Below, piece after piece: positions 17,619-26,682 of a stretch of 64,000 bases of DNA (position 1 is its first letter; the number at the start of each line of letters is the position of its first letter). Below the pieces are notes generated by a model. The model saw nothing but the letters and a program-made list of their open reading frames with translations. It was not told the DNA's origin and did no database searches. The position numbers and the translations under genes are program-made. Source of the DNA: Verrucomicrobiales bacterium (GTDB taxonomy: Bacteria; Verrucomicrobiota; Verrucomicrobiia; Verrucomicrobiales; V1-33); NCBI GenBank assembly GCA_965229245.1, contig CBDDIW010000001.1, positions 650,372 through 714,371 of the forward strand. The letters are read 5' to 3'.

Positions 17619-18998
17619 ATGCAACCTCTTGAGATCGCACCGGCCCCTCCCGCTACTCCGGCTCCCGTTAATGTCACTTATCCGCTGAAGATCTTTCTCA
17701 GCCACAAACTGGGCCCATCCAAAGCGAAAGCGGAGCGGATCGCCGCGGCTCTGTCGCTTTTTGCCGGGGATAAACTCAGGATCACTTGCTCAGCCACGTT
17801 TGCCAAGGGCATTGACTGGGAGGAGACTATAAAGAGGGAATTGAAAGCCGCCCATTGGTTTATTCTGATCTATGACGGACCTGACGTGAACCACGACTGG
17901 TGCCTTTTTGAGGCGGGCTTTTTCCTTGCCAACGATCCCGGCAGGAAATTGATCTGCCTTCATGATCCAAGACACAGTCTGCCTCCTCCTTTGAGACAAT
18001 TTGTGGACGTGCCCGCCCGTGCCGAAGAGGTCATGAGCCTGTTCCAGGAAATTTATTTCAATCCTCCATGGGCGATCAAACCGGAACTGCTGCTGGCAAA
18101 TGGCCCTCTTCCCGATTATGTCAACCGCATCGTAAAGGAGATCAATGGCCAGGATATTCTTTCTCAATTCACCCTCTCCCCCACCTTTACTTTCCAAATA
18201 AGGAACGAAAACATTTCCCTGCTGAGTGAAGGCATTATCGACGACAACGCCGAGATCAGTGGAGACGGTGCCTGGGAAGCCATATTTGGAAAACCGGATG
18301 CCACCATCTCGTGGACATGGAAAGGCATCACCGACGGATTAGATGACTGGCAGGCATGGGCATACCAGCTCGCGGGCATGATGGCCGAGGCGATCACCAC
18401 AATATCCGTGAACAACCCCTCGACAGCATTGCGCGTACGCCTTAAAAACGGACAGGAATCTATTTACAGAGTCCTGATCCGGCGCATGGAGAGAACAACG
18501 GAAGCATACCGGTTCACCTTCGGAGCCGCTGAGATTGTGACCTCATACCGTCCGGGGGACGCGGCAAGCCGGACGAAAATATTTCATCTTTATAACCTCG
18601 CATGGTTTTTCAAAGAAAATTTCCTGAAGACTCATCTCGCCGCGCTTGAAGAGCAGGTTCTCATGAAGGCTCTTCCTCCGGACTTTCTCCCCAAAAGGAT
18701 CAAAAATATCCGGGATGACCTTAAAGCCCTGCACGCTGAAGCCCAGGTTCGGGGCATAGAAGACAATGCCCGGGTGGTCAATGCTTTCCGACCGGAGTTG
18801 AGGGCTCCGGTGGCAGCCGCGTTGCAGGAAACCTGGCCCTTGCTCGACCAGGCTTTGCAGGAGGCCTGCTCCGCGGCAAAGCCGTCGCTGACCGCCCTGA
18901 TCAAGGCACTGAGGGAGATGAAGCCCATCAACACTTTTTTTCTGAAGAGTTGCCTTGAAGAATTGCAGGTTCTCGAAGAACTCCCTGGCGCGGGGTGA
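17619..18998 (+). CDS. TIR-domain protein with an about 280-aa C-terminal domain of unknown function (gene C)
   Basis: 459 aa. Residues about 20-180 have the KIFLSHK beta-A motif and a W-C-L-F-E-A-G motif matching the conserved (S)xWCxxE of TIR domains, which contains the catalytic Glu. Starts 6 bp after gene B. Confidence 0.7.
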   Translation: MQPLEIAPAPPATPAPVNVTYPLKIFLSHKLGPSKAKAERIAAALSLFAGDKLRITCSATFAKGIDWEETIKRELKAAHWFILIYDGPDVNHDWCLFEAGFFLANDPGRKLICLHDPRHSLPPPLRQFVDVPARAEEVMSLFQEIYFNPPWAIKPELLLANGPLPDYVNRIVKEINGQDILSQFTLSPTFTFQIRNENISLLSEGIIDDNAEISGDGAWEAIFGKPDATISWTWKGITDGLDDWQAWAYQLAGMMAEAITTISVNNPSTALRVRLKNGQESIYRVLIRRMERTTEAYRFTFGAAEIVTSYRPGDAASRTKIFHLYNLAWFFKENFLKTHLAALEEQVLMKALPPDFLPKRIKNIRDDLKALHAEAQVRGIEDNARVVNAFRPELRAPVAAALQETWPLLDQALQEACSAAKPSLTALIKALREMKPINTFFLKSCLEELQVLEELPGAG

Positions 18999-19067
18999 CT
19001 GGAGGTAGAGAGAAGGCTCCTTTCGCGGCCTCAGCGCGGCTTTGCTTTCCGCCGGGTTTCCTTTAAG

Positions 19068-20507
19068 GTGGGCGCTCTTCCCCTCCCCTCTACCGTGAAC
19101 CGATTTGCCACCCGCGGCTCCGCCACTCCCCCCGTGTTTGTCTTCGCGGGAATCGTGGGACTAAGCATTGTCTTTTTCCTCCTCTTCTCCGCCAAAAACC
19201 TGTTCCGGAAAGACCCGCCGCCGGATTCCGGGACCGCGCCGGTCACCGCCTCCACCACGACCACCCCGCCGGAGAAGGAAACCGCCGGGAAGCCGGGGGA
19301 CGGCACCGCGGGGAAAGCCGCCGGAAAGCCGGAGACCAGCCCGCCTGGAGAGGATCCCGCCGGGAAGCCACATGCCGCCTACTTCACTACCGCGGAGGCC
19401 GTGCTGAAGGATCTCACCAGCCGCCTCCGGAGCGGACGCACGGAGGACCTGACAAAAACCGCGGGCGGCGGACCGCGGGTGGATTTCCTGCATCAACTGC
19501 TCACCAAAGCGGGCTGGACGCTTCCGGAGGGGGAACCGTGGTCGGATGAGGGCGCCATGACCGGCGTGAACCGCTATGGCTTGAAACTGGAGCCCTCCTC
19601 CCCCGCCGTGCCCCTGCCTGCCGGTCCCGTCATGGCGGACGTGGAGCGCACCAAAACCGAGGGCTGGAAGCTGCGCGGGCTGCGCTTCGATCCCGCCCTG
19701 GTGGATCAGGCGGTGCTGCTGCTGAAGGACGCGGGCATCACCGTGGAGCCCGCCCCGCTGCGGGACGCGGCGGACCCGCTGGACCTCGCACACCGGTTTT
19801 TCGATGGCGTGCTGGGCCACGATTTCAAATCCGCCCGGAGTCTCACGGACCACGCGAAGGTCACCCACGAACGGCTGGCCGGCATGTGCATCGTCTTTGA
19901 GGAGGGGGAATACTACATCGCCGCGAAACGACCTATCGTCATCACCGCCGGCACGGCGGACAAGGCGTGGGCCATCGTGAAGATCCGCTCGGACAAGCAG
20001 AATCTGGACGCGGAGGTGGGTCTGGAGATGGACCGGAACGCAGCCGGCGCGTGGGTCATCCAGGCACTGGATTTTACCAACATGCTGGAGAGCTATGTGA
20101 AGGCCACGAATACCGGGAACGTCTTCTATTCCCCCGTGGTGAAGTCCGCGAAGGGCGGCGAGAGCATCGTGCTTTACTTCGAGTTCGACAAATCCGCGCT
20201 CCATCCCCGCGCGCTGCGGCAACTGGACATCATCGCCAGCCTGCTGAAGAGCGACCCCGCCCGGAAGATGCGCATCACCGGCCACAGCGACGCCCTGGGG
20301 CGGGACTCCTACAATGTGAAGCTCTCCACCGCCCGCGCGAAAAATGTGCGTACGCGCCTGCTTGAACTCGGCGTCTCGGCCACCCAGATTGACACCCAGG
20401 GAGTGGGCTCCATCGCCCCTCTCGATCCCGACCGGCGGGAGGACGGCTCCGATAACCCGGATGGCCGCTCCCGGAACCGCCGCACGGAAATCTACCTCGA
20501 CTTCTAA
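19068..20507 (+). CDS. OmpA-family (OmpA/MotB C-terminal peptidoglycan-binding domain) protein with TM anchor and Pro/Thr/Gly-rich linker
   Basis: 479 aa, GTG start. N-terminal TM helix, low-complexity PPPDSGTAPVTASTTTTPPEKETAGKPG linker, C-terminal OmpA-like domain ending NRRTEIYLDF. Confidence 0.7.
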   Translation: MGALPLPSTVNRFATRGSATPPVFVFAGIVGLSIVFFLLFSAKNLFRKDPPPDSGTAPVTASTTTTPPEKETAGKPGDGTAGKAAGKPETSPPGEDPAGKPHAAYFTTAEAVLKDLTSRLRSGRTEDLTKTAGGGPRVDFLHQLLTKAGWTLPEGEPWSDEGAMTGVNRYGLKLEPSSPAVPLPAGPVMADVERTKTEGWKLRGLRFDPALVDQAVLLLKDAGITVEPAPLRDAADPLDLAHRFFDGVLGHDFKSARSLTDHAKVTHERLAGMCIVFEEGEYYIAAKRPIVITAGTADKAWAIVKIRSDKQNLDAEVGLEMDRNAAGAWVIQALDFTNMLESYVKATNTGNVFYSPVVKSAKGGESIVLYFEFDKSALHPRALRQLDIIASLLKSDPARKMRITGHSDALGRDSYNVKLSTARAKNVRTRLLELGVSATQIDTQGVGSIAPLDPDRREDGSDNPDGRSRNRRTEIYLDF

Positions 20508-20516
20508 ACACCCCAC

Positions 20517-21044
20517 ATGTTCCTTCGTTTTGTCCCCGTTATCGCCTGCGCGGTCGCATTCTCCGGCTGCAAACGCCACACGGTCATAGATCCCGCCGAT
20601 CTGCAAACCCCCGCAGCGGAAGCCGCGCTGCGCTACGTCATCGACCACAGCCCCCGGAGGAAAGACGCAAAGCTGGCAATTATCTGCATCGGGGATGCTC
20701 CTATGAGTCCTGCCACCGAAGAATTTGAGGCACGGTTCAAAGACATTCCCGGTCTGGAGTTTATCAACTTTCTGAGGATGGAACATGGCATGTATAATGG
20801 AAAACCCCGACGCTGGGACTTCCAGACAAAGAAATTCGTGCTGGAGGTTCAGATCAGTGCCCTCACGCCTTTTAAGGACGGACGGGCGGAGGCCATCGCG
20901 GCATGGGCGTATGAGGATGACGCGGAGCGCTACCGGCTGAGGATTCTGGAAAAAGCGGGCGGCGGCTATGACGTGAAAGAACTGGAGACCATTCCTGTTT
21001 CCAATCGCAACGACGACCGGAGCAGTGTCACGAAGGGCAAGTGA
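20517..21044 (+). CDS. hypothetical lipoprotein
   Basis: Signal peptide with lipobox AFSGC, 175 aa. Confidence 0.5.
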   Translation: MFLRFVPVIACAVAFSGCKRHTVIDPADLQTPAAEAALRYVIDHSPRRKDAKLAIICIGDAPMSPATEEFEARFKDIPGLEFINFLRMEHGMYNGKPRRWDFQTKKFVLEVQISALTPFKDGRAEAIAAWAYEDDAERYRLRILEKAGGGYDVKELETIPVSNRNDDRSSVTKGK

Positions 21045-22077
21045 ATCGCCTCCGCCCCTGGAGGCCGGGGAGCTGGCGGCCTTTCGCGGGGCGCTGGTAG
21101 CGTGGTTCCGGCGGGAGGGCCGGGACTATCCCTGGCGGCGCACGCGGGACCCGTATGCCATCCTGGTCTCGGAGGTCATGCTCCAGCAGACGCAGATCGC
21201 CACCGTGCTGGGGCGGGGCTACTACGCGCGGTGGATGGAGCGCTTCCCGGACGTGGCCGCGCTGGCGCGTGCCGGGGAGACGGACGTTCTCCAAACCTGG
21301 GAGGGGCTGGGCTACTACAGCCGGGCGCGGAATCTCCAGCGCGCCGCCGCGGCGGTGGTGCGGGAGCACGGCGGCGTCTTCCCTTCCGAACCCGCCGCCG
21401 TGGCCGCGCTGCCGGGCGTGGGACGTTACACGGCGGGAGCGGTGCTCTCCTTTGCCTACGGCCAGGCGGCCCCCATCGTGGATGGAAACGTGGCCCGCGT
21501 GCTGGCCCGGCTGTTTGCCCTGCGGGAGGAGATCGATACCCCGCGCGGCCAGACGCTCCTGTGGGCGTGGGCCGCGGCACTCACGGACCCCGCGCATCCC
21601 CGGGAGTATAACAGCGCCATCATGGAGCTGGGCCAGCGGATCTGCACTCCGCGCCGTCCCGCCTGCGGGGAGTGTCCGGTGAAAACCTGGTGCCGCTCCG
21701 CCGGACCCGGTGCGGAGGCCCTGCCGCTGAAGAAGCCCGCGCGTTCCACGGTCTTCATGGAGGAGCACGTCCTCTGGGCCTGGCGCGGGGACAGTCTGCT
21801 GCTGCGGCTGGAGACGGGCCGCCGCCGCCAGGGACTTTGGCGGCTGCCAGAGCGCACGCCCGCCGAGATCAGCGGCCTGCCTCTGCTCAGCCGCACACGG
21901 TATTCCATCACCCACCACCGGGTGACGCTGCTGGTTTACGATGCCGGGGCCATCCGCGCCCGGGAGGACGAGGAATGGCAGCCCGCGTCCCAACTGGCCG
22001 CCCTGCCCATGCCCGGCCCGTTCCGGAAAGTGGTGGATACCCTGCTGGGGGAGGCCCGGGAGTTCCGGCTGGCTTGA
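21025..22077 (+). CDS. mutY: A/G-specific adenine DNA glycosylase MutY
   Basis: HhH-GPD region (ILVSEVMLQQTQ, LPGVGRYTAGAV), 4Fe-4S loop CTPRRPACGECPVKTWC and a C-terminal NUDIX-like domain. Confidence 0.85.
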   Translation: MSRRASESPPPLEAGELAAFRGALVAWFRREGRDYPWRRTRDPYAILVSEVMLQQTQIATVLGRGYYARWMERFPDVAALARAGETDVLQTWEGLGYYSRARNLQRAAAAVVREHGGVFPSEPAAVAALPGVGRYTAGAVLSFAYGQAAPIVDGNVARVLARLFALREEIDTPRGQTLLWAWAAALTDPAHPREYNSAIMELGQRICTPRRPACGECPVKTWCRSAGPGAEALPLKKPARSTVFMEEHVLWAWRGDSLLLRLETGRRRQGLWRLPERTPAEISGLPLLSRTRYSITHHRVTLLVYDAGAIRAREDEEWQPASQLAALPMPGPFRKVVDTLLGEAREFRLA

Positions 22078-22142
22078 GAAACCGGGGCGGCGGTTTTCAA
22101 TGAGGGGTGTCCGGCTAACTGATTCCAGGGTGGAGATGGAAA

Positions 22143-22269
22143 CCCAAGGAGCGGCGACATTCCTGTCGCCGTCTGGAAATCATCCGTTAGGCCCTTCGAT
22201 TTCGACAGGCCAGGCTCTTGTTCTCCATCGAAGAGCTCACGGCGATAGGAATGTCGCCGCTCCTTGGGG
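22143..22269. repeat. REPIN, copy 2
   Basis: Left arm cccaaggagcggcgacattcctgtcgccgt (22143..22172). Right arm acggcgataggaatgtcgccgctccttgggg (22239..22269) is its reverse complement with one mismatch. The copy is itself flanked by an inverted GTGTCCGGCTAAC motif. Confidence 0.8.
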
Positions 22270-22444
22270 CCTGGCCGTCCCGGAAAACGACATCGCATCG
22301 GCACGCACTACAGAAACCGGTTAGCCGGACACCAGTGATTTCAAACCGCCGCCACGGGAGTTCCCACGTTTGCGGGTCTTTCGCGCGCTTTAGGCGGCAC
22401 GGTGTGCCGGTCTCTTGTCTCACCCCCATTTCACAAATCCCCCC

Positions 22445-25400
22445 ATGATTCTGAAGCTCCTCCCCGCCATTGTCCTGCTGCCCTCGTTTCTTCACGCCCG
22501 CCCGTTTGAGAATATGTCGAGTGACGGCAAAACCCCGGATGGCTGGGAGGGAAACCCCGCGTGCTGGCGGGTGGCGGATGGCATCCTCACCGGGGAGATC
22601 AAGGAGGGCACCACCCTGGACCGCAATGAATGGTTCTTCATGAACCAGGAGACGGGGGACTTTGAATTGACCGTGGAATACCGCATCACCGGCGGCCCCA
22701 CCGCCAACAGCGGCATCCAGATCCGCAGCCGGCGGGATGCCAAAGGCCAGGCCAGCGGGCTCCAGTGTGATCTGGACGATGGCAAGGAATGGCTGGGCCG
22801 CATCTATGATGAGCACGGGCGCGCGCTGGTGATGGAGCGGGGCACGCGCGTGTCCATCGCCCCGGACGGCCGCCGCTGGGCAGATCCCTTCGCGGACCCG
22901 AAGTCCTTCACAAAAATCGCGAAGAAGGATGACTGGAACACCTATCGCATCAAGGCCACCGGCTCCCACGTGCAGGTCTGGATCAACGGTGTCTTCTTTG
23001 GCGCGCTGGATGACCACGAGTCGAAGGCGGCGGAATACAGCGGGAAAATCGCCTTCCAGCTCCACGCCGGGGCGGGTCCGGCGAAGGTGGAATTCCGGAA
23101 CTTCAATCTTCTGGACAAAGGAAAGACCGACCCGCCCGCGGGAGCCAAAACCGTGGCCGAAGACAAACCGGACGACGTTTTCCACCCCTCCAGCGCGGAC
23201 GGCAAGCCGCTGAATCTCGGCTTTGAAAAAGGGAATCTGGATGGCTGGACCGCGGAGGGTGATGCCTGGGAGAGCCAGCCCATCAAGGGCGACACCGTGT
23301 CCCCCCGGAAGCCGGGGCAGGCCAGCCGCCACGCGGGGCAATACTGGATCGGCGGCTACGAGCCGAAACTGACGGATGCCGGCACGGGCAAGCTGACCTC
23401 CGTCCCTTTCGAGGTGACGCATCCCTGGGCCAGCTTTCTCGTGGGGGGCGGTGGCGAGGTGGCCTCCGTGCGGGTGGAGATCGTGGACGCGGAGACGGGG
23501 AAAATCTTCCACACCGCCGCTGGGCGCTTTGAGGAGGACATGCACCGGGAGGTGGTGGATATGCGGCCCATGAAGGGGAAGAAGGTTTTCCTCCGCCTCA
23601 TCGACCGCGCGAAAGGCGGCTGGGATCACCTGAACTTTGACGACTTCGCCTTCCACAACGAACCACCGGCGAAGGCCGTGGCGGAGGGCAGCCGCCAGAC
23701 GCAGAGCCCCGTGCTCTGGCACCTCCAGCCGAATCCCGCGAAGCCCACCGCCATTCAAAATCCGGAGGCGCAAAAGACCGTGGCCACCATGATGCTCACC
23801 AGCGGCTTCCAGGCGGAACTCATCGCCGCCGAGCCGGAGGTGCGCCAGCCCATCGCTTTCACCATCGACGAAAAAGGACGCCTCTGGATTCTGGAGGGCT
23901 ACAGCTATCCTAACAAACAACCGGAGGGCCAAGGGAAGGACCGGATCATCGTGCTCTCGGACCAGGATGGGGACGGGGTGTTCGAGACCCGCCGGGTCTT
24001 CGCGGAGGGGATCAATCTGGGGAGCGGCATCGAGGTGGGGTTCGGCGGGGTCTTCGTGGGCGCGGCCCCGGAGCTGCTGTTCTTCCCCGCCAGCACCCGG
24101 GACGACCAGGTGGCCGCCGGGCCGCCGAAGGTGCTCCTGGACGGCTGGGGCTATCAGGACACGCACGAGACCCTGAACAGCTTTTCCTGGGGGCCGGACG
24201 GCTGGCTCTACGGCTGCCATGGCGTCTTCACCACCTCCTATGTGGGCAAGCCGGGAACCGCGAAGGAAGGGCGCGTGCCGCTGCACGCGGGCGTGTGGCG
24301 CTACCACCCGGTGAAGGGGGAATTCGAAGTCTTCGCCCACGGCGGGAGCAATCAATGGGGGCTGGACTACAATGAAGCCGGCGACCTTTTCATGACCCAC
24401 TGCCGGAGCTTTTTCGGCGGCGGCGGCACCACCTATGTCATCCGCAACGGGCACTACTGGAACCAGGCGAACGCTGGCTACGCGCCGTTCATTTCCAACA
24501 GCGGCCCGGACTTCGCCCCGGACCTGAAGAACTACCTGCCCGCCGCCGCGCTCTATGACAGCGGCGAGGGTGGCGCGGGAAAACCCGGCACCACGGCCAT
24601 CTATGGCGGGCACTCCCACGTGGGCACCATGATTTACCAGGGCACGAACTGGCCGGAGATCTACCGGGGCCACCTTTTCACGCACAATCTCCACGGGCAC
24701 CAGATGAACCACCAGGAGAACGTGCGGTCCGGCTCCGGCTATGAGACCATGCACGCCGGGGCGGATCTCCTCCACGCGCCGGACCCCCGCTACATGGCGG
24801 TGGACCTCCAGAGCGGCCCGGACGGAGCGGTCTATACCATCGACTGGTTTGACCAGCAGCACTGCCACACACCCATCGAGGAAAAGTGGGACCGGAGCAA
24901 CGGGCGGGTGTATCGCGTCTCATGGGCGGCCACCTACAAACCGGTGAAAGTGGATCTCTCGGGGGAAAGTGATGAAGCCCTCGCGAAGCTCCAGAATCAC
25001 GCGGACGAATGGTACCGCCGTAACGCCCGCCGCCTGCTCATGGAGCGCGCGGCCACGCGTCCCCTGGATGAGCGGGCTGTCCCGGTACTCCGTGACCTGG
25101 CGGGTAACGCCGGGATGGAGCCATCCTTGCGCGGCCTGTGGACCCTCGCGCAGTGCAATCTTCTGACAAAGCGGGAGATCACGCTCGCGGCCCGCAATGA
25201 CAACGCCCCCACCCGCGCCTGGGCCGTGAGGCTGGCCACGGAAAAGGGAGCGAAGGATCTGCTGGATCCCGCGATCCTCCTGAAGCTGGCGAAGGAGGAT
25301 CCCGCGCCCGCCGTGCGCCTGGCCCTCGCCTCCGGCCTGCCCTCCCTGCCAAATGACCAATGCTGGGAAATCGTGACCGCGCTCGCCGCCCACGTCGAAG

Positions 25401-26656
25401 ACGATAAAGACCGTTTCCTGCCGAAGCTCATCTGGACCGGATTCGCCCCCGTGGCGAAAACCGACTGGCCGCGCGCCCTCGCCCTGGCCGCCACCACCCC
25501 GCTGCACGAGCTGGCGGACAGCATCCGCTGGTATGCCGCGCAGGACGCCGCCGGGCGTGAAGCCCTGGCCTCCGCCGCCGCCGGACAATCCGCCATCAAA
25601 GCCGGCCGCGCGGTGAGGATCGCCGCCTTTGCCCTGCGGGACGAGGCCACGCTCACTCCTCCCGCCTCCGCGGAGGCCGCCATGAAAGCCCTGGGCGAAA
25701 ACCCGGAACCCGCCGTGCTGGCCGCCGCGAATGAGCTGGCCGCCACCTTTGGCGACAAGGACGTGCTGGGCCGCATGCGCGCGGTGCTCGCGGATGCGAA
25801 CGCGCCGCTGGGAGAAAGGAAGTCCGCCTTTGCCCTGCTGAAGCGCACCGGGGATAAAGAGGCCCTGGGGGTTTTTGCCACCCTGCTGGATAACGCGGCT
25901 TTCCGCTCCGCCGTCATCCCGCTCCTGGGCCGGAGCGACGACCCCGCGGTGGCCACCGCCCTGCTGGAACGGTATGCGAACCTCTCCGTGAATGACCGCA
26001 ACGCGGCGCTCGCCGCCCTGACCAGCCGCGCCCCGTTGGCGCTCACGCTGGTGAAGGCCATGGCCGCGGGCACCTTTGACAAGAAGCAGCTCACGGCGGT
26101 GCACATCCGCCAGATGCGGAATCTCGGCAGCGCGGAGCTGAACACCCTGCTCGAAAAGACCTGGGGGAAATTCAATCCGTCCTCCGAAGCCTCCAAAGCC
26201 ACGATCGCCAAATTCAAGAAGCTTTACAACGAGGCCCCGCTCTGGGCCTACGATGCCGGGAAGGGCCGCGAGGTCTTCACCCGCGTGTGCGGCGCGTGCC
26301 ATGCCTATGGCCAGGGCGAGGCCCGCGTTGGGCCCAACTTGGGAGGCACCTGGCGCAATGGCGTGGACTACTTCCTAGAGAACATCGCGGACCCGAACGC
26401 GGTCATTGGCGATGACTTCCAGCTCACCATCATCACGAAAAAGGATGACACCGTGTATGCGGGGATCGTGGAAAAAGAGACGGACACCGCGGTGGTGCTG
26501 CGGACACTCACGGAATCTGTTAGTATCCCGAAAGCGGATAATAATATCAAATCCCGTGAGAAACTGCAACAAAGCCTCATGCCGCCGGGCCTTTTGGAGT
26601 CCATGTCGGAGCGGGAAGCCCTTGAGTTGTTGAAGTTCCTGTCCACACAGCAGTAA
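22445..26656 (+). CDS. large exported fusion protein: DUF1080 (3-keto-disaccharide hydrolase-like) domain, then PVC-type membrane-bound-dehydrogenase beta-propeller with HEAT repeats, then C-terminal CxxCH cytochrome c domain
   Basis: 1403 aa from ATG 22445 (signal peptide MILKLLPAIVLLPSFLHA). DUF1080 block (WRVADGILTG, IAFQLHAG), long helical repeat region, heme motif VCGACHAYG and C-terminal LMPPGLLESMSEREALELLKFL, typical of the Planctomycetes/Verrucomicrobia heme-binding dehydrogenase family. Confidence 0.8.
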   Translation: MILKLLPAIVLLPSFLHARPFENMSSDGKTPDGWEGNPACWRVADGILTGEIKEGTTLDRNEWFFMNQETGDFELTVEYRITGGPTANSGIQIRSRRDAKGQASGLQCDLDDGKEWLGRIYDEHGRALVMERGTRVSIAPDGRRWADPFADPKSFTKIAKKDDWNTYRIKATGSHVQVWINGVFFGALDDHESKAAEYSGKIAFQLHAGAGPAKVEFRNFNLLDKGKTDPPAGAKTVAEDKPDDVFHPSSADGKPLNLGFEKGNLDGWTAEGDAWESQPIKGDTVSPRKPGQASRHAGQYWIGGYEPKLTDAGTGKLTSVPFEVTHPWASFLVGGGGEVASVRVEIVDAETGKIFHTAAGRFEEDMHREVVDMRPMKGKKVFLRLIDRAKGGWDHLNFDDFAFHNEPPAKAVAEGSRQTQSPVLWHLQPNPAKPTAIQNPEAQKTVATMMLTSGFQAELIAAEPEVRQPIAFTIDEKGRLWILEGYSYPNKQPEGQGKDRIIVLSDQDGDGVFETRRVFAEGINLGSGIEVGFGGVFVGAAPELLFFPASTRDDQVAAGPPKVLLDGWGYQDTHETLNSFSWGPDGWLYGCHGVFTTSYVGKPGTAKEGRVPLHAGVWRYHPVKGEFEVFAHGGSNQWGLDYNEAGDLFMTHCRSFFGGGGTTYVIRNGHYWNQANAGYAPFISNSGPDFAPDLKNYLPAAALYDSGEGGAGKPGTTAIYGGHSHVGTMIYQGTNWPEIYRGHLFTHNLHGHQMNHQENVRSGSGYETMHAGADLLHAPDPRYMAVDLQSGPDGAVYTIDWFDQQHCHTPIEEKWDRSNGRVYRVSWAATYKPVKVDLSGESDEALAKLQNHADEWYRRNARRLLMERAATRPLDERAVPVLRDLAGNAGMEPSLRGLWTLAQCNLLTKREITLAARNDNAPTRAWAVRLATEKGAKDLLDPAILLKLAKEDPAPAVRLALASGLPSLPNDQCWEIVTALAAHVEDDKDRFLPKLIWTGFAPVAKTDWPRALALAATTPLHELADSIRWYAAQDAAGREALASAAAGQSAIKAGRAVRIAAFALRDEATLTPPASAEAAMKALGENPEPAVLAAANELAATFGDKDVLGRMRAVLADANAPLGERKSAFALLKRTGDKEALGVFATLLDNAAFRSAVIPLLGRSDDPAVATALLERYANLSVNDRNAALAALTSRAPLALTLVKAMAAGTFDKKQLTAVHIRQMRNLGSAELNTLLEKTWGKFNPSSEASKATIAKFKKLYNEAPLWAYDAGKGREVFTRVCGACHAYGQGEARVGPNLGGTWRNGVDYFLENIADPNAVIGDDFQLTIITKKDDTVYAGIVEKETDTAVVLRTLTESVSIPKADNNIKSREKLQQSLMPPGLLESMSEREALELLKFLSTQQ

Positions 26657-26682
26657 GCGCTTTTCCCGCGCCTTTCTTCGCC

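Noticed and set aside
14644-19067. Looked for integrase, tRNA or att-like direct repeats bounding the low-GC three-gene island
   Set aside because: None found. Only weak similarity exists between 14868 (ggagccagagagggaag) and 19000 (ggaggtagagagaaggc). The insertion mechanism is left open.
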